DNA of 64,000 bases from Gammaproteobacteria bacterium (GTDB lineage Bacteria > Pseudomonadota > Gammaproteobacteria > G965277405). The stretch covers positions 1,280,001 through 1,344,000 of the forward strand of contig OZ255726.1 in assembly GCA_965277405.1 (NCBI GenBank). The letters are read 5' to 3'. Below are positions 30,581 through 41,947 of the stretch, in pieces; position 1 is the stretch's first letter; the number at the start of each line of letters is the position of its first letter. A model generated the notes under the pieces. The model was not told where the DNA came from. It did not search any database and saw only the letters and a program-made list of their open reading frames with translations. Position numbers and translations under genes: made by a program.

Positions 30581-31318
30581 ATTAACCACTTTGGCTTTGA
30601 AAAAGTTACCGACAAAGTAAAACAGCAGCGCGTCAATGGGGTGTTTACTGCGGTTGCAGCGAACTATGATATAATGAACGATGCCATGTCTTTTGGCATG
30701 CACCGTAACTGGAAAGCAGCAACGCTGCGTTTAGCAATGTTACGCCAAGGGATGGCTGTTTTAGATGTGGCGACTGGCAGCGGTGATCTTGCGTTGGCAA
30801 TTGCCAAGCAGGTATTGCCAGATGGGCAGGTGACTGTCAGTGATATAAACGCAGCAATGCTGGCGATCGCTACCACCAAGCTCATTGATAATGGGTTTTG
30901 GAAAAATGTTGCATTTGTTGCAGCAAATGCAGAAAAACTTCCGTTTGAAACCAGCACATATGATGTTATCACTATCGCGTTTGGGCTGCGCAATGTCGCA
31001 CGCATCCCCACAGCATTACAAGAGTTTCTGCGCGTGCTCAAGCCTGGTGGACGCTTATTAGTGACTGAATTCTCTAAGCCAGTCAGTCCTGTCATGCAAA
31101 CACTCTACGACAAGTATTCGTTTAATATCATCCCGCGCATGGGCGCAATGATTGCAAAAGACCGAGCAAGTTATCAGTATCTAGTCGAGTCAATTCGGAT
31201 GCATCCTGACCAACAAACACTGCAAAAAATGATTGAGCAACAAGGTTTTGTGGAATGTGGTTATACCAATCTCACTGGAGGCATTGCAGCCATCCACACA
31301 GGCTATAAACCGTATTAA
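30581..31318 (+). CDS. ubiE: Ubiquinone/menaquinone C-methyltransferase
   Basis: HFGF, YDIMNDAMSFGMHR.WK, VLDVATGSGD, IAFGLRNV, RVLKPGG, YLVESIRMHPDQ. Start inferred at a non-canonical ATT (see findings). Confidence 0.9.
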   Translation: MNHFGFEKVTDKVKQQRVNGVFTAVAANYDIMNDAMSFGMHRNWKAATLRLAMLRQGMAVLDVATGSGDLALAIAKQVLPDGQVTVSDINAAMLAIATTKLIDNGFWKNVAFVAANAEKLPFETSTYDVITIAFGLRNVARIPTALQEFLRVLKPGGRLLVTEFSKPVSPVMQTLYDKYSFNIIPRMGAMIAKDRASYQYLVESIRMHPDQQTLQKMIEQQGFVECGYTNLTGGIAAIHTGYKPY

Positions 31319-32214
31319 TTTGTTTCATCAGCGCTACCTTTTCTCTCAAGCAAGATAATAATGTCCTGCAGCGCATCAGCTGAGGAATATTTTAATTGCA
31401 ACATCCCTTTGCCAGACGAATGATGATGGATACGAATTGGCATCCCAACTGACTGGGTTAGCCTTTCTTGCAGTTCTTGAATATCGCGGTCAACTATTGT
31501 TTCTGGTTTTTGTTGCGGCGCTGCAATCATTTGTTCAGTCGCCCGCACGCTCATTTTTTTATCTATAACCCGCTGTGCAAACTTCGTCTGCTGTGGTCCA
31601 GCAACAGCCAAAACCGCACGCGCATGACCCATTTCTATCTTTCCTTGGCGTACCATTTGTTTGACCGCTTCATTCAACTGGTTTAAGCGCATCAAATTTG
31701 CAACAGTAGATCTTGATTTTCCAACACGCTGCGCGAGTTTTTCTTGTGTTAAACCATACACTTGCATCAACTCAGACAACGCTAATGCTTGTTCAATAGC
31801 ATTCAAGTCTTCGCGTTGAATGTTTTCAATCAACGCCTGCTCACGCGATTCATCATCTGCTGAATTCCGTATCACTGCAGGTATTGTCGCCAATTCGGCG
31901 ATTTGACACGATCTCCAGCGCCGTTCACCAACAATAATTTCATACTTTACATGCGGGTCATTATCTACACATGAGCGCACGATAATTGGCTGAATAACGC
32001 CATGCCTTTGAATAGATTCTGCCAGCTCTTGTAACGCGTTTTCATCAAAATTACTGCGTGGTTGGAATTGATTGGGACGAATTTTTTCAAGAGGAATATT
32101 ACGAACTTGATCAGTATCCGCGTCATTCGGAATATCTGTATTCAGACTTGCGTCGCTTAATAACGCATCAAGACCTCGACCAAGTTTTGATGATGATGTT
32201 TTCTTGTTTACCAT
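31315..32214 (-). CDS. parB: Chromosome partitioning protein ParB/Spo0J
   Basis: LGRGLDALL, QPR, GVIQPIIVR, GERRWR, ALIENIQREDLN, HTH GKSRSTVAN..RL, GHARA. Confidence 0.95.
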   Translation of the reverse strand: MVNKKTSSSKLGRGLDALLSDASLNTDIPNDADTDQVRNIPLEKIRPNQFQPRSNFDENALQELAESIQRHGVIQPIIVRSCVDNDPHVKYEIIVGERRWRSCQIAELATIPAVIRNSADDESREQALIENIQREDLNAIEQALALSELMQVYGLTQEKLAQRVGKSRSTVANLMRLNQLNEAVKQMVRQGKIEMGHARAVLAVAGPQQTKFAQRVIDKKMSVRATEQMIAAPQQKPETIVDRDIQELQERLTQSVGMPIRIHHHSSGKGMLQLKYSSADALQDIIILLERKGSADETN

Positions 32215-32622
32215 TGTTATCCTTTTGTATTCCCATCCAGCCTACGGGAATATCTGACATTTAAATTGAAGGTACAAGACAATACCAATTTTTTGAGTGA
32301 ATAAAAGCAGCTGCATACAAAATGACTGTTTCGTTATTTTACAACTGGAGCAACACTATCTGGTGCCACAGTTACGCACCACACGCTCTGATAAAGTGTG
32401 GCTATGGCAATACCATCAAAGTAATAGCGTATCCAACAATGCTTGACCGCATATCTACACTATTACAATCATTAGCAACTACAATCATTAGCAACCGCAT
32501 GATGAGATAGGCTTACAGAGCTTCCACAAATCTCTCACGCCGCACCCAGTATAATGATACTTGTAGCTATTGAGTATTACGCTACACTAACTGCGCAACA
32601 CCAGCCGTAAACTATCGTAACC

Positions 32623-33891
32623 ATGTGCGCCATGTCCACTATCAACACCAATGCCCTGCGTCAGTTGTTTAGCCAGTCCATATGCGAAATGTATCAACAT
32701 GAAGTGCCGCAGTTTGCAACGCTGCGGACGCTGGTCAACACCACAAACGGTTCATTAAGCTGTATTGAACATGGGGCAATTCGTTTAGCCAATGCCGCTG
32801 AGCTTAACAATATCCGTCGCTTGTTGGCAATGTTCGGTATGCTCCCTGTTGGCTATTATGACTTATCAATTGCTGATATTCCTGTCCACTCAACAGCATT
32901 TCGCCCGATTGCAGCACACGATATTAGCCAAAACTCGCTGCGGATGTTTTGCTCGGTCATCCGTATGGATGTAATTGACGACCCTGCTCTGCGCGCAACA
33001 ATCAAAGCAACAGCTGCATTGCGCCATATTATCTCAACCGAACTTGAGCATTGGCTTGCATATTTTGAAGAACATGGAGCTATTCCACAAGCCCAAGCAA
33101 ACAACGTCGTTACCCTGGCAGTAGATACGTTTCGTTGGAATTCCCATGCGCTTATTGATGCCGCAACGTATCAAGCGTTGTATGACCAGCACCCACTACT
33201 AGCTGATATTGTGAGTTTCTCCCAGCCCCATATTAATCACTTAACCCCAGCAACCACAGATATTGACGCTTGTCAACAAGCGATGGAGCGGGCATTTAAC
33301 GGTAAAGTGAAGTCAAATATCGAAGGACCACCAGCAAGAAATATACCGATTTTATTGCGGCAAACCGCTTTTTTAGCATGTGCTGAAACAGCAACATTCA
33401 CCGACGGCACCACCTCACAGCATCGTGCTAGATTTGGTGAAATTGAGCAACGCGGCAGCGCTCTTACTCCAAAAGGCAGAGCGCTATATGATGAATGCCT
33501 GCATACCAGCCAGCAGTTGCAAGGAGCGGGGGCATCATACGTCGATGCATTGCACCAGGCGTTTATTAGATTTCCAGATGATATATTGGCTATGTTTCAG
33601 CAGCAACTTGGGTATTTTCATTATAGCCGTTGTCAAGATGGCGACATCAGCGATGTCCCTCAAGCAGTTGCCGACAATACTCTCGCAATTCAACCAATCG
33701 AGTATCAAGACTTTCTACCAGTGAGTGCAGCTGGAATTTTTTCATCAAACATCGGTAATCAACCGCAGCGTATCCACGCTGCCGACGCCGCACAACAAGA
33801 TTTTGAACAAGCTCTTGGCTGTGCCGTTATCGACCCATTCGTTGTATATGCCGCACAGCAACAAGCAAGTATCGATTGTCTTGTGCAATGA
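32623..33891 (+). CDS. hglS: DUF1338 / YdcJ-family 2-oxoadipate dioxygenase-decarboxylase (hydroxyglutarate synthase)
   Basis: EHGAIR, VHSTAFRP, PHINHLTP, IEGPP...PILLRQT.F, ARFGEIEQRG.ALTPKGR.LYD, DFLPVSAAGIF.SN. Confidence 0.85.
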   Translation: MCAMSTINTNALRQLFSQSICEMYQHEVPQFATLRTLVNTTNGSLSCIEHGAIRLANAAELNNIRRLLAMFGMLPVGYYDLSIADIPVHSTAFRPIAAHDISQNSLRMFCSVIRMDVIDDPALRATIKATAALRHIISTELEHWLAYFEEHGAIPQAQANNVVTLAVDTFRWNSHALIDAATYQALYDQHPLLADIVSFSQPHINHLTPATTDIDACQQAMERAFNGKVKSNIEGPPARNIPILLRQTAFLACAETATFTDGTTSQHRARFGEIEQRGSALTPKGRALYDECLHTSQQLQGAGASYVDALHQAFIRFPDDILAMFQQQLGYFHYSRCQDGDISDVPQAVADNTLAIQPIEYQDFLPVSAAGIFSSNIGNQPQRIHAADAAQQDFEQALGCAVIDPFVVYAAQQQASIDCLVQ

Positions 33892-34012
33892 ACTTGTGAT
33901 TAACTCGCATTGCGTCTTAATTTTTGGATGAGATTAACCGACGACAATATGGCTGCAATGGCGCATGCGTTTTTTCTCCGTCTCGCCCGTCATGGACTTA
34001 ATCAGAGCTTCC
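33889..34012 (+). mobile_element. Degenerate, internally deleted MITE
   Basis: Clear right end (GCGTTTTTTCTCCGTCTCGCCCGTCATGGACTTAATCAGAGCTTCC|CTAA). A decayed left end TGAACTTGTGATTAACTCGC overlaps the hglS stop. Confidence 0.75.
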
Positions 34013-34022
34013 CTAACAGCAT

Positions 34023-35282
34023 TTACAGCAATGCCGTTGACAGCAATGGAAAATAACTGAGAAAAATCAGTACAATGGCGACAGCCAACAGGAAAGGCCA
34101 TAAGGATTTTAAGATTGTGCCAATAGGCGTATCGCTCATAACAGAGGTTATATACAGTCCAATTCCTACTGGCGGGGTAAGCAGCCCCAACACCAAATTT
34201 AGACAGATCACGACGCCAAATTGATACGGGTTGATGTGATAGGAATTCATCGCAATCGGCAGTAATATGGGTGTGAAGAGAATTACTGCCGCAATCCCAT
34301 CTATGAGCATGCCAACAAATAGCAGGATGAGGTTGACAATTAACAAGAATATAAATGGATCATGTGTCAATGTGGTTATTAAAGCAGCAAGTTGCTGCGG
34401 AATTGCTTCATAAATAATGACCCAGCCAAATACATTGGCAGCTGCGATCATAAAGATTATCATTGAGGCATGGGTGGCGGTGCGTTTAAAAATTTGCAAT
34501 AAATGATGTGGTTTTAATTCCTTATAGACTAGCCAGCCAATCAGAAAGGCAAGTAATGATGCAATCGCAGCAGATTCTGTCGGTGTCGAAATGCCACATA
34601 ATATGCCGCCAATAATTACAGCAGGTATCAAAGCAGCAGGCAAGGCATTGGTGATCGCCAACAAGGCCTTTCGCGGTGATAACCATTTACCTTGGGGAAA
34701 TTGCTGATGTAGTCCAATCAGGGTTATCACCACAAAAAAAATTGCTGCTAACATCAGTCCAGGAATTACACCTGCTAAAAACATGTCGCCAATTGGTATC
34801 TGAGCTAGAACACCATAAATAACCAACAGCATTGACGGTGGTATGACGGGGGCAAGCAGTCCGCCTGCCGCTGTAGTTGCAGCGGCAAATCCTCGACCAT
34901 AATTTTCTTTTACCATTTCCGGAACCATTGCTTGCGACATAACCGCTATTTGCGCGGTAGCAGAGCCGATTATGGCTGCCATAAACATATTTGTGAGCAG
35001 GTTGATATATGCTAAACCGCCACGAAAACCGCCGACAAATACCCTAGAAACATTAATTAACCGCGTGGTCATACCGCCTGCATTCATCAATTCGCCAGTA
35101 AGCATGAAAAGGGGAATAGCCATAAGTCCATAATTTTCTATGCCAGCAAACATTTGTTGAGCAAAGCTATCGAAAAGAACTAAGTTATTGCTTTCCAAAA
35201 TATACCAAATGGCGGTTAGAACTAATACCAGCGCCACGGGGACTGCGATGAATAAATTAAATGAAAAAATAAATAGCGTCAT
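34023..35282 (-). CDS. TRAP transporter large permease (DctM family)
   Basis: LMAIPLFMLTGELMNAGGMT.RL, GSATA, PVIPPS, TPTESAA, LLTPPVG. Confidence 0.93.
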   Translation of the reverse strand: MTLFIFSFNLFIAVPVALVLVLTAIWYILESNNLVLFDSFAQQMFAGIENYGLMAIPLFMLTGELMNAGGMTTRLINVSRVFVGGFRGGLAYINLLTNMFMAAIIGSATAQIAVMSQAMVPEMVKENYGRGFAAATTAAGGLLAPVIPPSMLLVIYGVLAQIPIGDMFLAGVIPGLMLAAIFFVVITLIGLHQQFPQGKWLSPRKALLAITNALPAALIPAVIIGGILCGISTPTESAAIASLLAFLIGWLVYKELKPHHLLQIFKRTATHASMIIFMIAAANVFGWVIIYEAIPQQLAALITTLTHDPFIFLLIVNLILLFVGMLIDGIAAVILFTPILLPIAMNSYHINPYQFGVVICLNLVLGLLTPPVGIGLYITSVMSDTPIGTILKSLWPFLLAVAIVLIFLSYFPLLSTALL

Positions 35283-35824
35283 TTGCTATCACTTTTGTTG
35301 GGAAAATCATGTGAAAATTCAAGGAGATGCGCCAGGCTATGCAGTGTGGCGCCTAGCGCAAATTGCCACATTACTAGCCATATCGGGTATTTGCTGATGC
35401 CTAATGTCGAGGTTGGTTCAGCATAAACAAAATTAAAAGTTGTTCTTTGAAAAGTATCAAAGTCAAATTCGCTTTGAAATAAGGCAAGCGGAGAGAACCA
35501 GCGCCAGCAGCACCAAACCATGAATAGCGCAAAAACAAAGATTATTAAATCTACCAGTTTTGCAGTTATCCTGGCCATTTTTTGCGATAATAGGTCGGTT
35601 ACAACCGTGACGGAGATAGCTTGTCTATAATGTAAGGCTGCAGATGCTCCAAGAAATGTCATCCAGACCATGGTATAGATTGCCAACTCATCAACCCAAA
35701 ACAAGGCGGAACCGATGGTGCGGGTAATTACGTTTAGCAACATAAGTAGTGTTACTGCGCAGCAACAACTGGCGGAGCAGAATAATTCACATTTAGCCCA
35801 ATTTGCAGACGCTATGTTTAGCAT
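35279..35824 (-). CDS. TRAP transporter small permease (DctQ family)
   Basis: LNVITR....LFWVDELAIY.MVWMTFLGA. Lies between the dctP-like and dctM-like genes. Confidence 0.88.
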   Translation of the reverse strand: MLNIASANWAKCELFCSASCCCAVTLLMLLNVITRTIGSALFWVDELAIYTMVWMTFLGASAALHYRQAISVTVVTDLLSQKMARITAKLVDLIIFVFALFMVWCCWRWFSPLALFQSEFDFDTFQRTTFNFVYAEPTSTLGISKYPIWLVMWQFALGATLHSLAHLLEFSHDFPNKSDSK

Positions 35825-35893
35825 TGCAATGCTTCTCCAGACCAACTGGAGCACAAAATAGCATTGCACTCCAGCGGAAAATTAAGTTTACGC

Positions 35894-36898
<1,005 letters not shown>

Positions 36899-36923
36899 CT
36901 ATTTATAAGTTAATTGATGTGAT

Positions 36924-37466
36924 TTAAATTTTTACCCATCCTTTTGGAGGGTCTTTCCCTGGGTGAACTGTGCTGCAACTAGGGCAGGTTCGGTCTGACT
37001 TTGAAGCGTAGAAATTTTGATATATAGGCGGTAAATCGGCAACGATTGATTTGAGTTGCATCTCAGCACGATACACAAGCGAACTACAGTCAAAACAATA
37101 CCATTCAATTGCGTCTAGTTCTCCAGTTTGCCGCTTTGGCTCAACGACCATGCCAATCGAGCCTACTTGTGGACGCTGCGGTGAATGGCGAATATGCGCG
37201 GGGAGTAGAAAAATTTGTCCTTCTAGGATTGGCACATCATAAAATTCTTGGCCATCGTAGACTTTTAACACCATATCGCCTGCGAGTTGATAGAAAAATT
37301 CCTCAACTGGGTCATCGTGATAGTCGGTACGCTGATTTGGGCCGCCAACTATTGTAACCATAAGGTCAGCATCTTCCCAGATTTGCAGGTTACCAACAGG
37401 TGGTTGCAATAGATGCTTATGTTCGTCGATCCACCCCTGGAAGTTAAACGCGCTCAGTTTTTGCAT
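36924..37466 (-). CDS. nbaC: 3-hydroxyanthranilate 3,4-dioxygenase
   Basis: LLQPPVGN, VGGPNQRTDYHDDP.EEFFYQ, HSPQR, rubredoxin-like C..C pairs (WYCFDC, RTCPSC). Confidence 0.95.
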   Translation of the reverse strand: MQKLSAFNFQGWIDEHKHLLQPPVGNLQIWEDADLMVTIVGGPNQRTDYHDDPVEEFFYQLAGDMVLKVYDGQEFYDVPILEGQIFLLPAHIRHSPQRPQVGSIGMVVEPKRQTGELDAIEWYCFDCSSLVYRAEMQLKSIVADLPPIYQNFYASKSDRTCPSCSTVHPGKDPPKGWVKI

Positions 37467-37494
37467 TTTTACTCTCCGAATTAATCTAAAATTG

Positions 37495-37526
37495 CTCCGT
37501 CTCGCCCATCATGGACTTACGCAGAG
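37495..37526 (+). mobile_element. MITE right-end fragment
   Basis: CTCCGTCTCGCCCATCATGGACTTACGCAGAG matches the MITE right subterminal sequence. Confidence 0.7.
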
Positions 37527-37571
37527 ATAATGTTACTACAGTATTAGCAAAATAGCCAAAACCAGCTAGGT

Positions 37572-39008
37572 TTAACTTATAATCATTTTATGAGAAACAT
37601 TTTTAATGACGGTGTAGTGATGCAGCCCTTCTGCACCGCCTTCACGCCCATATCCACTGGATTTGACTCCGCCAAATGGCGTTTCTGGCAGTGAAGCCTC
37701 AAGCGTGTTGATGGAAAGGTTGCCAGTTTCAATACCTTGCACCATTTGGTCAACATTTGCTGATGAATGGGTAAAGCCGTATGCTGCAAGCCCAAAAGCT
37801 ACATTGTTGGCTGTATCAATAGCATCTTGAAGCGATGTGACTGGATTGATGATTGCGATTGGACCAAAAGGCTCTGCCTGCATGATTTTGGCATGATCTG
37901 GAACATTTGCTAGCACCGTCGGCGCAAAGAAATAACCTTTGTTGCCAATCCTGTTACCGCCTGTGAGGAGTTTTGCTCCTGCTGCGACGGCATCCTCAAC
38001 TAGGTTTTCCATCGCTTGTAAGCGGCGGGCATTGGCAACAGGTCCCATCTGCGTTGTATCTTTGAGACCATTGCCAACCACTATCGACTCAGCTTTAACA
38101 ACAAAGCTGTTACTAAATGCATTAAAATGATCGTGATTGACCAAAAAGCGAGTAGGGGAGGTGCAGACTTGCCCAACACTACGATATTTACGACTTGCAC
38201 AAATCTGCGCAACTTTAATCGGGTCAACATCATCACATATAATCACTGGGGCATGTCCACCGAGTTCCATTAACACTGGCGTCATATGTTTTGATGCTAG
38301 CTTGGTTAGGTGCATCCCAACAGCGGTTGAGCCTGTGAAGGCAACGAGTCTAATTTTGACTTGCGGAATGAGATACTCTGAAATTTGGGATGGCACACCA
38401 AATATTAAATTTAATACACCATCTGGCAGCCCTGCTTGTTGAAAGGCTTGGGCAATATACACGGCACCTGCTGGCGTCTCTTCTGCAGCTTTTAGAATAA
38501 CAGAGCAGCCAGTGGCAAGGGAGCCTGCAATTTTGCGAGCGGGCTGACTCATGGGAAAATTCCACGGTGAAAATGCTGCAACTATACCAATTGGCTGTCT
38601 TAAAACTGTGTGGTTAATACCTGGTGCACTGGGGATGGTGCGACCATACAGCCGTTGACATTCACCAGCATCCCACTCCAAAAACTCACAGCCACGCACA
38701 ACCTCAAGCTGCGCCTCCTTAAAAGTTTTACCATGCTCTAAGGTGATGGAGCATGCTATTTCATCTTGGTTTTTGCGGATGATATCAGCGGCACGGATGA
38801 TGACCTCACTTCTTTTTCTAGGTGAAGTTTTACTCCAAACATTAAATCCATGTGTTGCAGCTGCAAGTGCATCGTCAAGATCAGTTGGTTTTGCAATTGG
38901 CACGCTGCCAATTATGGTTTCATCTGCTGGGTTTATTACAGGTAAAGTCTCAGTAGTTGAGCGCCATTTCCCGCCAATATAGAGTTTTATTTGTGGATAA
39001 TTTGCCAT
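37572..39008 (-). CDS. NAD(P)-dependent aldehyde dehydrogenase (succinate/alpha-ketoglutarate semialdehyde dehydrogenase-like)
   Basis: FSPWNFP, KAAEETP, FTGSTAVG, MELGGHAP, GQVCTSP, EPFGP, PFGGVKSSGYGREGG. Confidence 0.9.
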   Translation of the reverse strand: MANYPQIKLYIGGKWRSTTETLPVINPADETIIGSVPIAKPTDLDDALAAATHGFNVWSKTSPRKRSEVIIRAADIIRKNQDEIACSITLEHGKTFKEAQLEVVRGCEFLEWDAGECQRLYGRTIPSAPGINHTVLRQPIGIVAAFSPWNFPMSQPARKIAGSLATGCSVILKAAEETPAGAVYIAQAFQQAGLPDGVLNLIFGVPSQISEYLIPQVKIRLVAFTGSTAVGMHLTKLASKHMTPVLMELGGHAPVIICDDVDPIKVAQICASRKYRSVGQVCTSPTRFLVNHDHFNAFSNSFVVKAESIVVGNGLKDTTQMGPVANARRLQAMENLVEDAVAAGAKLLTGGNRIGNKGYFFAPTVLANVPDHAKIMQAEPFGPIAIINPVTSLQDAIDTANNVAFGLAAYGFTHSSANVDQMVQGIETGNLSINTLEASLPETPFGGVKSSGYGREGGAEGLHHYTVIKNVSHKMIIS

Positions 39009-39100
39009 GATTTAATTTCGTATCGCTAGTATTACAAAATGCAGTGAGACGATAGCACTTAATTTGGTGAAAAAGCGTATTGACTATGAGGTTCCATAGG

Positions 39101-39409
39101 GGAACCTCTGATTAAGTCGCTGAAGGAGCGAGTTTGCCTACAATTGCTGATGATTGCAAGGCGCAAATGCTGATGATTGCAAGGCGCAAACCGCTAAGCG
39201 CATGCCGTAGCATATACGCCAAGGGATGCAACACAGCAAGTACCGCTTGTAGGCAAACCATCATATATTCAATAGAAGGACGGGAAAAAACGCTGCGCTA
39301 ACGTCGTTGCAGCACTTGATAATACCACCAGTATTATCTGCGCACTGCGTCTAGTTATCATCAGCGTTTTTTCTCCGTCTCGCCCATCATGGAATTAATC
39401 AGAGCTTCC
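39101..39409 (+). mobile_element. IS5-end MITE, full-length copy with a 23-bp internal tandem duplication
   Basis: IRs GGAACCTCTGATTAA / TTAATCAGAGCTTCC, ATAGG on both sides. TGCTGATGATTGCAAGGCGCAAA is duplicated. Confidence 0.9.
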
Positions 39410-39595
39410 ATAGGGCTAAAAACACAAAAAAGGGAGTGCTGTTACGTCGTTGCAAATAATTCATGCATAAAACTTGGTAAATATAGCGAAAATATGCGCA
39501 AAATATGGCAACGTTCGTTGCTATGTTGCTTTCTTAACAGCTAGTGTTTTATTGCATCGCAAAATACGTAGTATGGCATATTTTTGGAACAGCGC

Positions 39596-40228
39596 ATGAC
39601 TATACAACTTGGCGATAGCGTTCCTGATTTTACTCAGGAATCCACTGCAGGTCCTATTTCCTTTCATCAATGGCTTGGTGATAGCTGGGGTATTTTATTT
39701 TCTCATCCAAAAGATTTCACCCCAGTGTGCACCACTGAGCTTGGTGAAGTGGCGCGGTTAAAGCCTGAATTTGATAAACGCGATGTCAAAGCGATTGGCT
39801 TGTCAGTAGACACTCTGGCAGACCACCACAAATGGGCAGGAGACATTGAAGAAACACAAGGACACGCTTTGAATTTTCCACTTGTTGCAGATGCTGATCG
39901 CAGCGTTGCTGACCTATACGGAATGATTCACCAAAATGCCGACAACACCCTAACAGTACGCGCGGTATTTGTGATTGACCACAATAAAAAATTGCGGCTA
40001 ACATTGACATATCCAGCGAGTACTGGTCGCAACTTCCAAGAAATATTACGCGCAATTGACAGCTTACAACTCACCGACAACTATAAAGTTGCTACCCCTG
40101 TTAATTGGAAAGAAGGCGATGATGTGATTATCGTTCCTGCAGTCTCAGATGAAGATGCCAAAACACTATTCCCGCAAGGTTGGCAAACGATAAAGCCATA
40201 TTTACGTGTTACCTCATTACACAAATAG
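39596..40228 (+). CDS. 1-Cys peroxiredoxin (Prx6 family)
   Basis: FSHPKDFTPVCTTELG, TVRAVFVID, YPASTGRNF.EILR.IDSLQ. Confidence 0.93.
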   Translation: MTIQLGDSVPDFTQESTAGPISFHQWLGDSWGILFSHPKDFTPVCTTELGEVARLKPEFDKRDVKAIGLSVDTLADHHKWAGDIEETQGHALNFPLVADADRSVADLYGMIHQNADNTLTVRAVFVIDHNKKLRLTLTYPASTGRNFQEILRAIDSLQLTDNYKVATPVNWKEGDDVIIVPAVSDEDAKTLFPQGWQTIKPYLRVTSLHK

Positions 40229-40421
40229 CTGCTGATCTGATGAGTCTTGTATAGCTGCGATCAGCAACTACTGGATGTATGGACTGGATGTATGGATTGT
40301 CTGTATGCGTTAGTATTTGCTGATACAAATTTTGGTGAAACTGCAGCGTGCCAGCGCGTTATTGCTGGCTATAAAAAAAGTCGATACGTGTGGAAAACAG
40401 CAGCAGCGGCTGTATCTTTAT

Positions 40422-40486
40422 GGAAGCTCTGATTAAGTCCATGATCGGCGAGGCGGAGGAAAGTCAGCGATTTAAGTAGAGCTTCC
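40422..40486 (-). mobile_element. Minimal MITE (65 bp, both ends, core deleted)
   Basis: GGAAGCTCTGATTAAGTCCATGATCGGCGAG...CAGCGATTTAAGTAGAGCTTCC, between convergent genes. Confidence 0.8.
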
Positions 40487-40505
40487 CTATAGTTTGTCTA
40501 GCTGT

Positions 40506-41945
40506 TTACATTGTTTCAAGTATTTTTATCGCTTCTTGTATTTGCTCACGCCGATATTGCAGCTGTGCCTTAAGTATGCTTGACTTGGATTCAACCTTAG
40601 CTTGTTTGAGCATTGTCAATGCTCTTTTGTATTCGCCATAACTAATCAATAGCTCTGCTTCGCTCCAATAGGCTTTGTCAATTTGTTGGGTTTTCTGCCA
40701 GCCTTGTTGGAGTAATTCCCATACTAGTACGTCGTTGGGGCGGGTGCGTAATACTGGCATTAGTGTTTTTTCAATCCGCTGATACTGTTTTGTTGTGCGC
40801 AATAACTGCGCCAAGCGGATACGCAATGGGTAGCTTTGTGGGTTGAAGCGTAACTGCTGCTGGAGTAATTGTTCTGCTGATGTAAATTCCTGTTGCTCTA
40901 TAAATAGTTGCGCGCGCAACAATTGCACCGTTTGTGCAAATGGCCAGCGTTTAGACAATGGCGCCAATGCTTTTTCTGCTTGTTGGTGCGCGCCAGTTGC
41001 CATCAATACCCGTGCGTATATATATTGCCACGCTACGGATTCTGGTTGTTGCATGTCATCTGCATCTTGCAGTGCTGGTTTTTTGCCAAGAACCCATGCT
41101 AATTGGCTGCGCGGCTGTATGACTGCCATTTCGACGCGTGCTTTAGTAAAATAGAAGGCTTGCATTGGCTGTGACTTGGTTACTGCATACTGCAGCAGCA
41201 AATTTCTCACATTACCAATACGTTCAACTGTTAGCGGGTGGGTAAGCAAAAATGCAGGGGCTAAGACATCACCACTATTGAGCAACATGCGCTCAAGAAA
41301 TGTCATAAATGCAGCAGGATTGCGCCCACTTTGCGACAAGATACGCACAGCGATGGCATCTGCCTCTATCTCGTTTTGCCGCGTTATGGTAAGTGCTGTT
41401 TGAGCTTGTGCTGCACTCGTAGCAGCAACCCCACCAATACCTGCGCTCATATTTCCTGTGAGCAAGAAACCTATACTTGCCAGCAGTGCTGCGTTATACA
41501 TTGTTTGCTTTTGTTGTTGGCTATATATAAGTTCGTTGGTGTGCTGTTGACTTAAATGGGCAATCTCATGCGCTAATACACTCGCAAGTTCGTCTTCTGA
41601 TTGACTATGCAACAACAAACCGCTGTTGACTCCAATACCGCCACCAAACAACGCAAACGCGTTAATTTGATTATCATTGATTAAATGGACGTATAGCCTA
41701 GGGTTTTCTAAGTCGCTATACACCGCTAGCTGCGCCACTAAATTATCTAAATACACTCTTGTTTCGATGCTTTTCTCGTCGACATCCAAGCTGTTGCGGA
41801 TGCGTTGAAACAGGTAGCTGCCTATTATTTTTTGCTTTTGTGCGGGAAACAGCGTGAATTGATGTTGCTGAAGCGTAGGTAGTTTGGTTTTACCCAATGC
41901 TGTGAAGGTAATACTACACAGTAACAGCGCACAAAATATACGCAT
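40506..41945 (-). CDS. bepA: M48 metalloprotease with TPR domain (BepA/YfgC-like)
   Basis: INAFALFGG, ELASVLAHEIAHLSQ.H (HExxH), EIEAD, FLLTHP...RI, C-terminal TPR-like helices. Confidence 0.85.
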   Translation of the reverse strand: MRIFCALLLCSITFTALGKTKLPTLQQHQFTLFPAQKQKIIGSYLFQRIRNSLDVDEKSIETRVYLDNLVAQLAVYSDLENPRLYVHLINDNQINAFALFGGGIGVNSGLLLHSQSEDELASVLAHEIAHLSQQHTNELIYSQQQKQTMYNAALLASIGFLLTGNMSAGIGGVAATSAAQAQTALTITRQNEIEADAIAVRILSQSGRNPAAFMTFLERMLLNSGDVLAPAFLLTHPLTVERIGNVRNLLLQYAVTKSQPMQAFYFTKARVEMAVIQPRSQLAWVLGKKPALQDADDMQQPESVAWQYIYARVLMATGAHQQAEKALAPLSKRWPFAQTVQLLRAQLFIEQQEFTSAEQLLQQQLRFNPQSYPLRIRLAQLLRTTKQYQRIEKTLMPVLRTRPNDVLVWELLQQGWQKTQQIDKAYWSEAELLISYGEYKRALTMLKQAKVESKSSILKAQLQYRREQIQEAIKILETM

Positions 41946-41947
41946 CG

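Noticed and set aside
40230-40345. Hammerhead ribozyme (CTGATGAG ... GAAAC)
   Set aside because: The two core motifs are about 90 nt apart with no convincing stem II or stems I/III. Only a simple TGCTGATC/GATCAGCA hairpin is evident.
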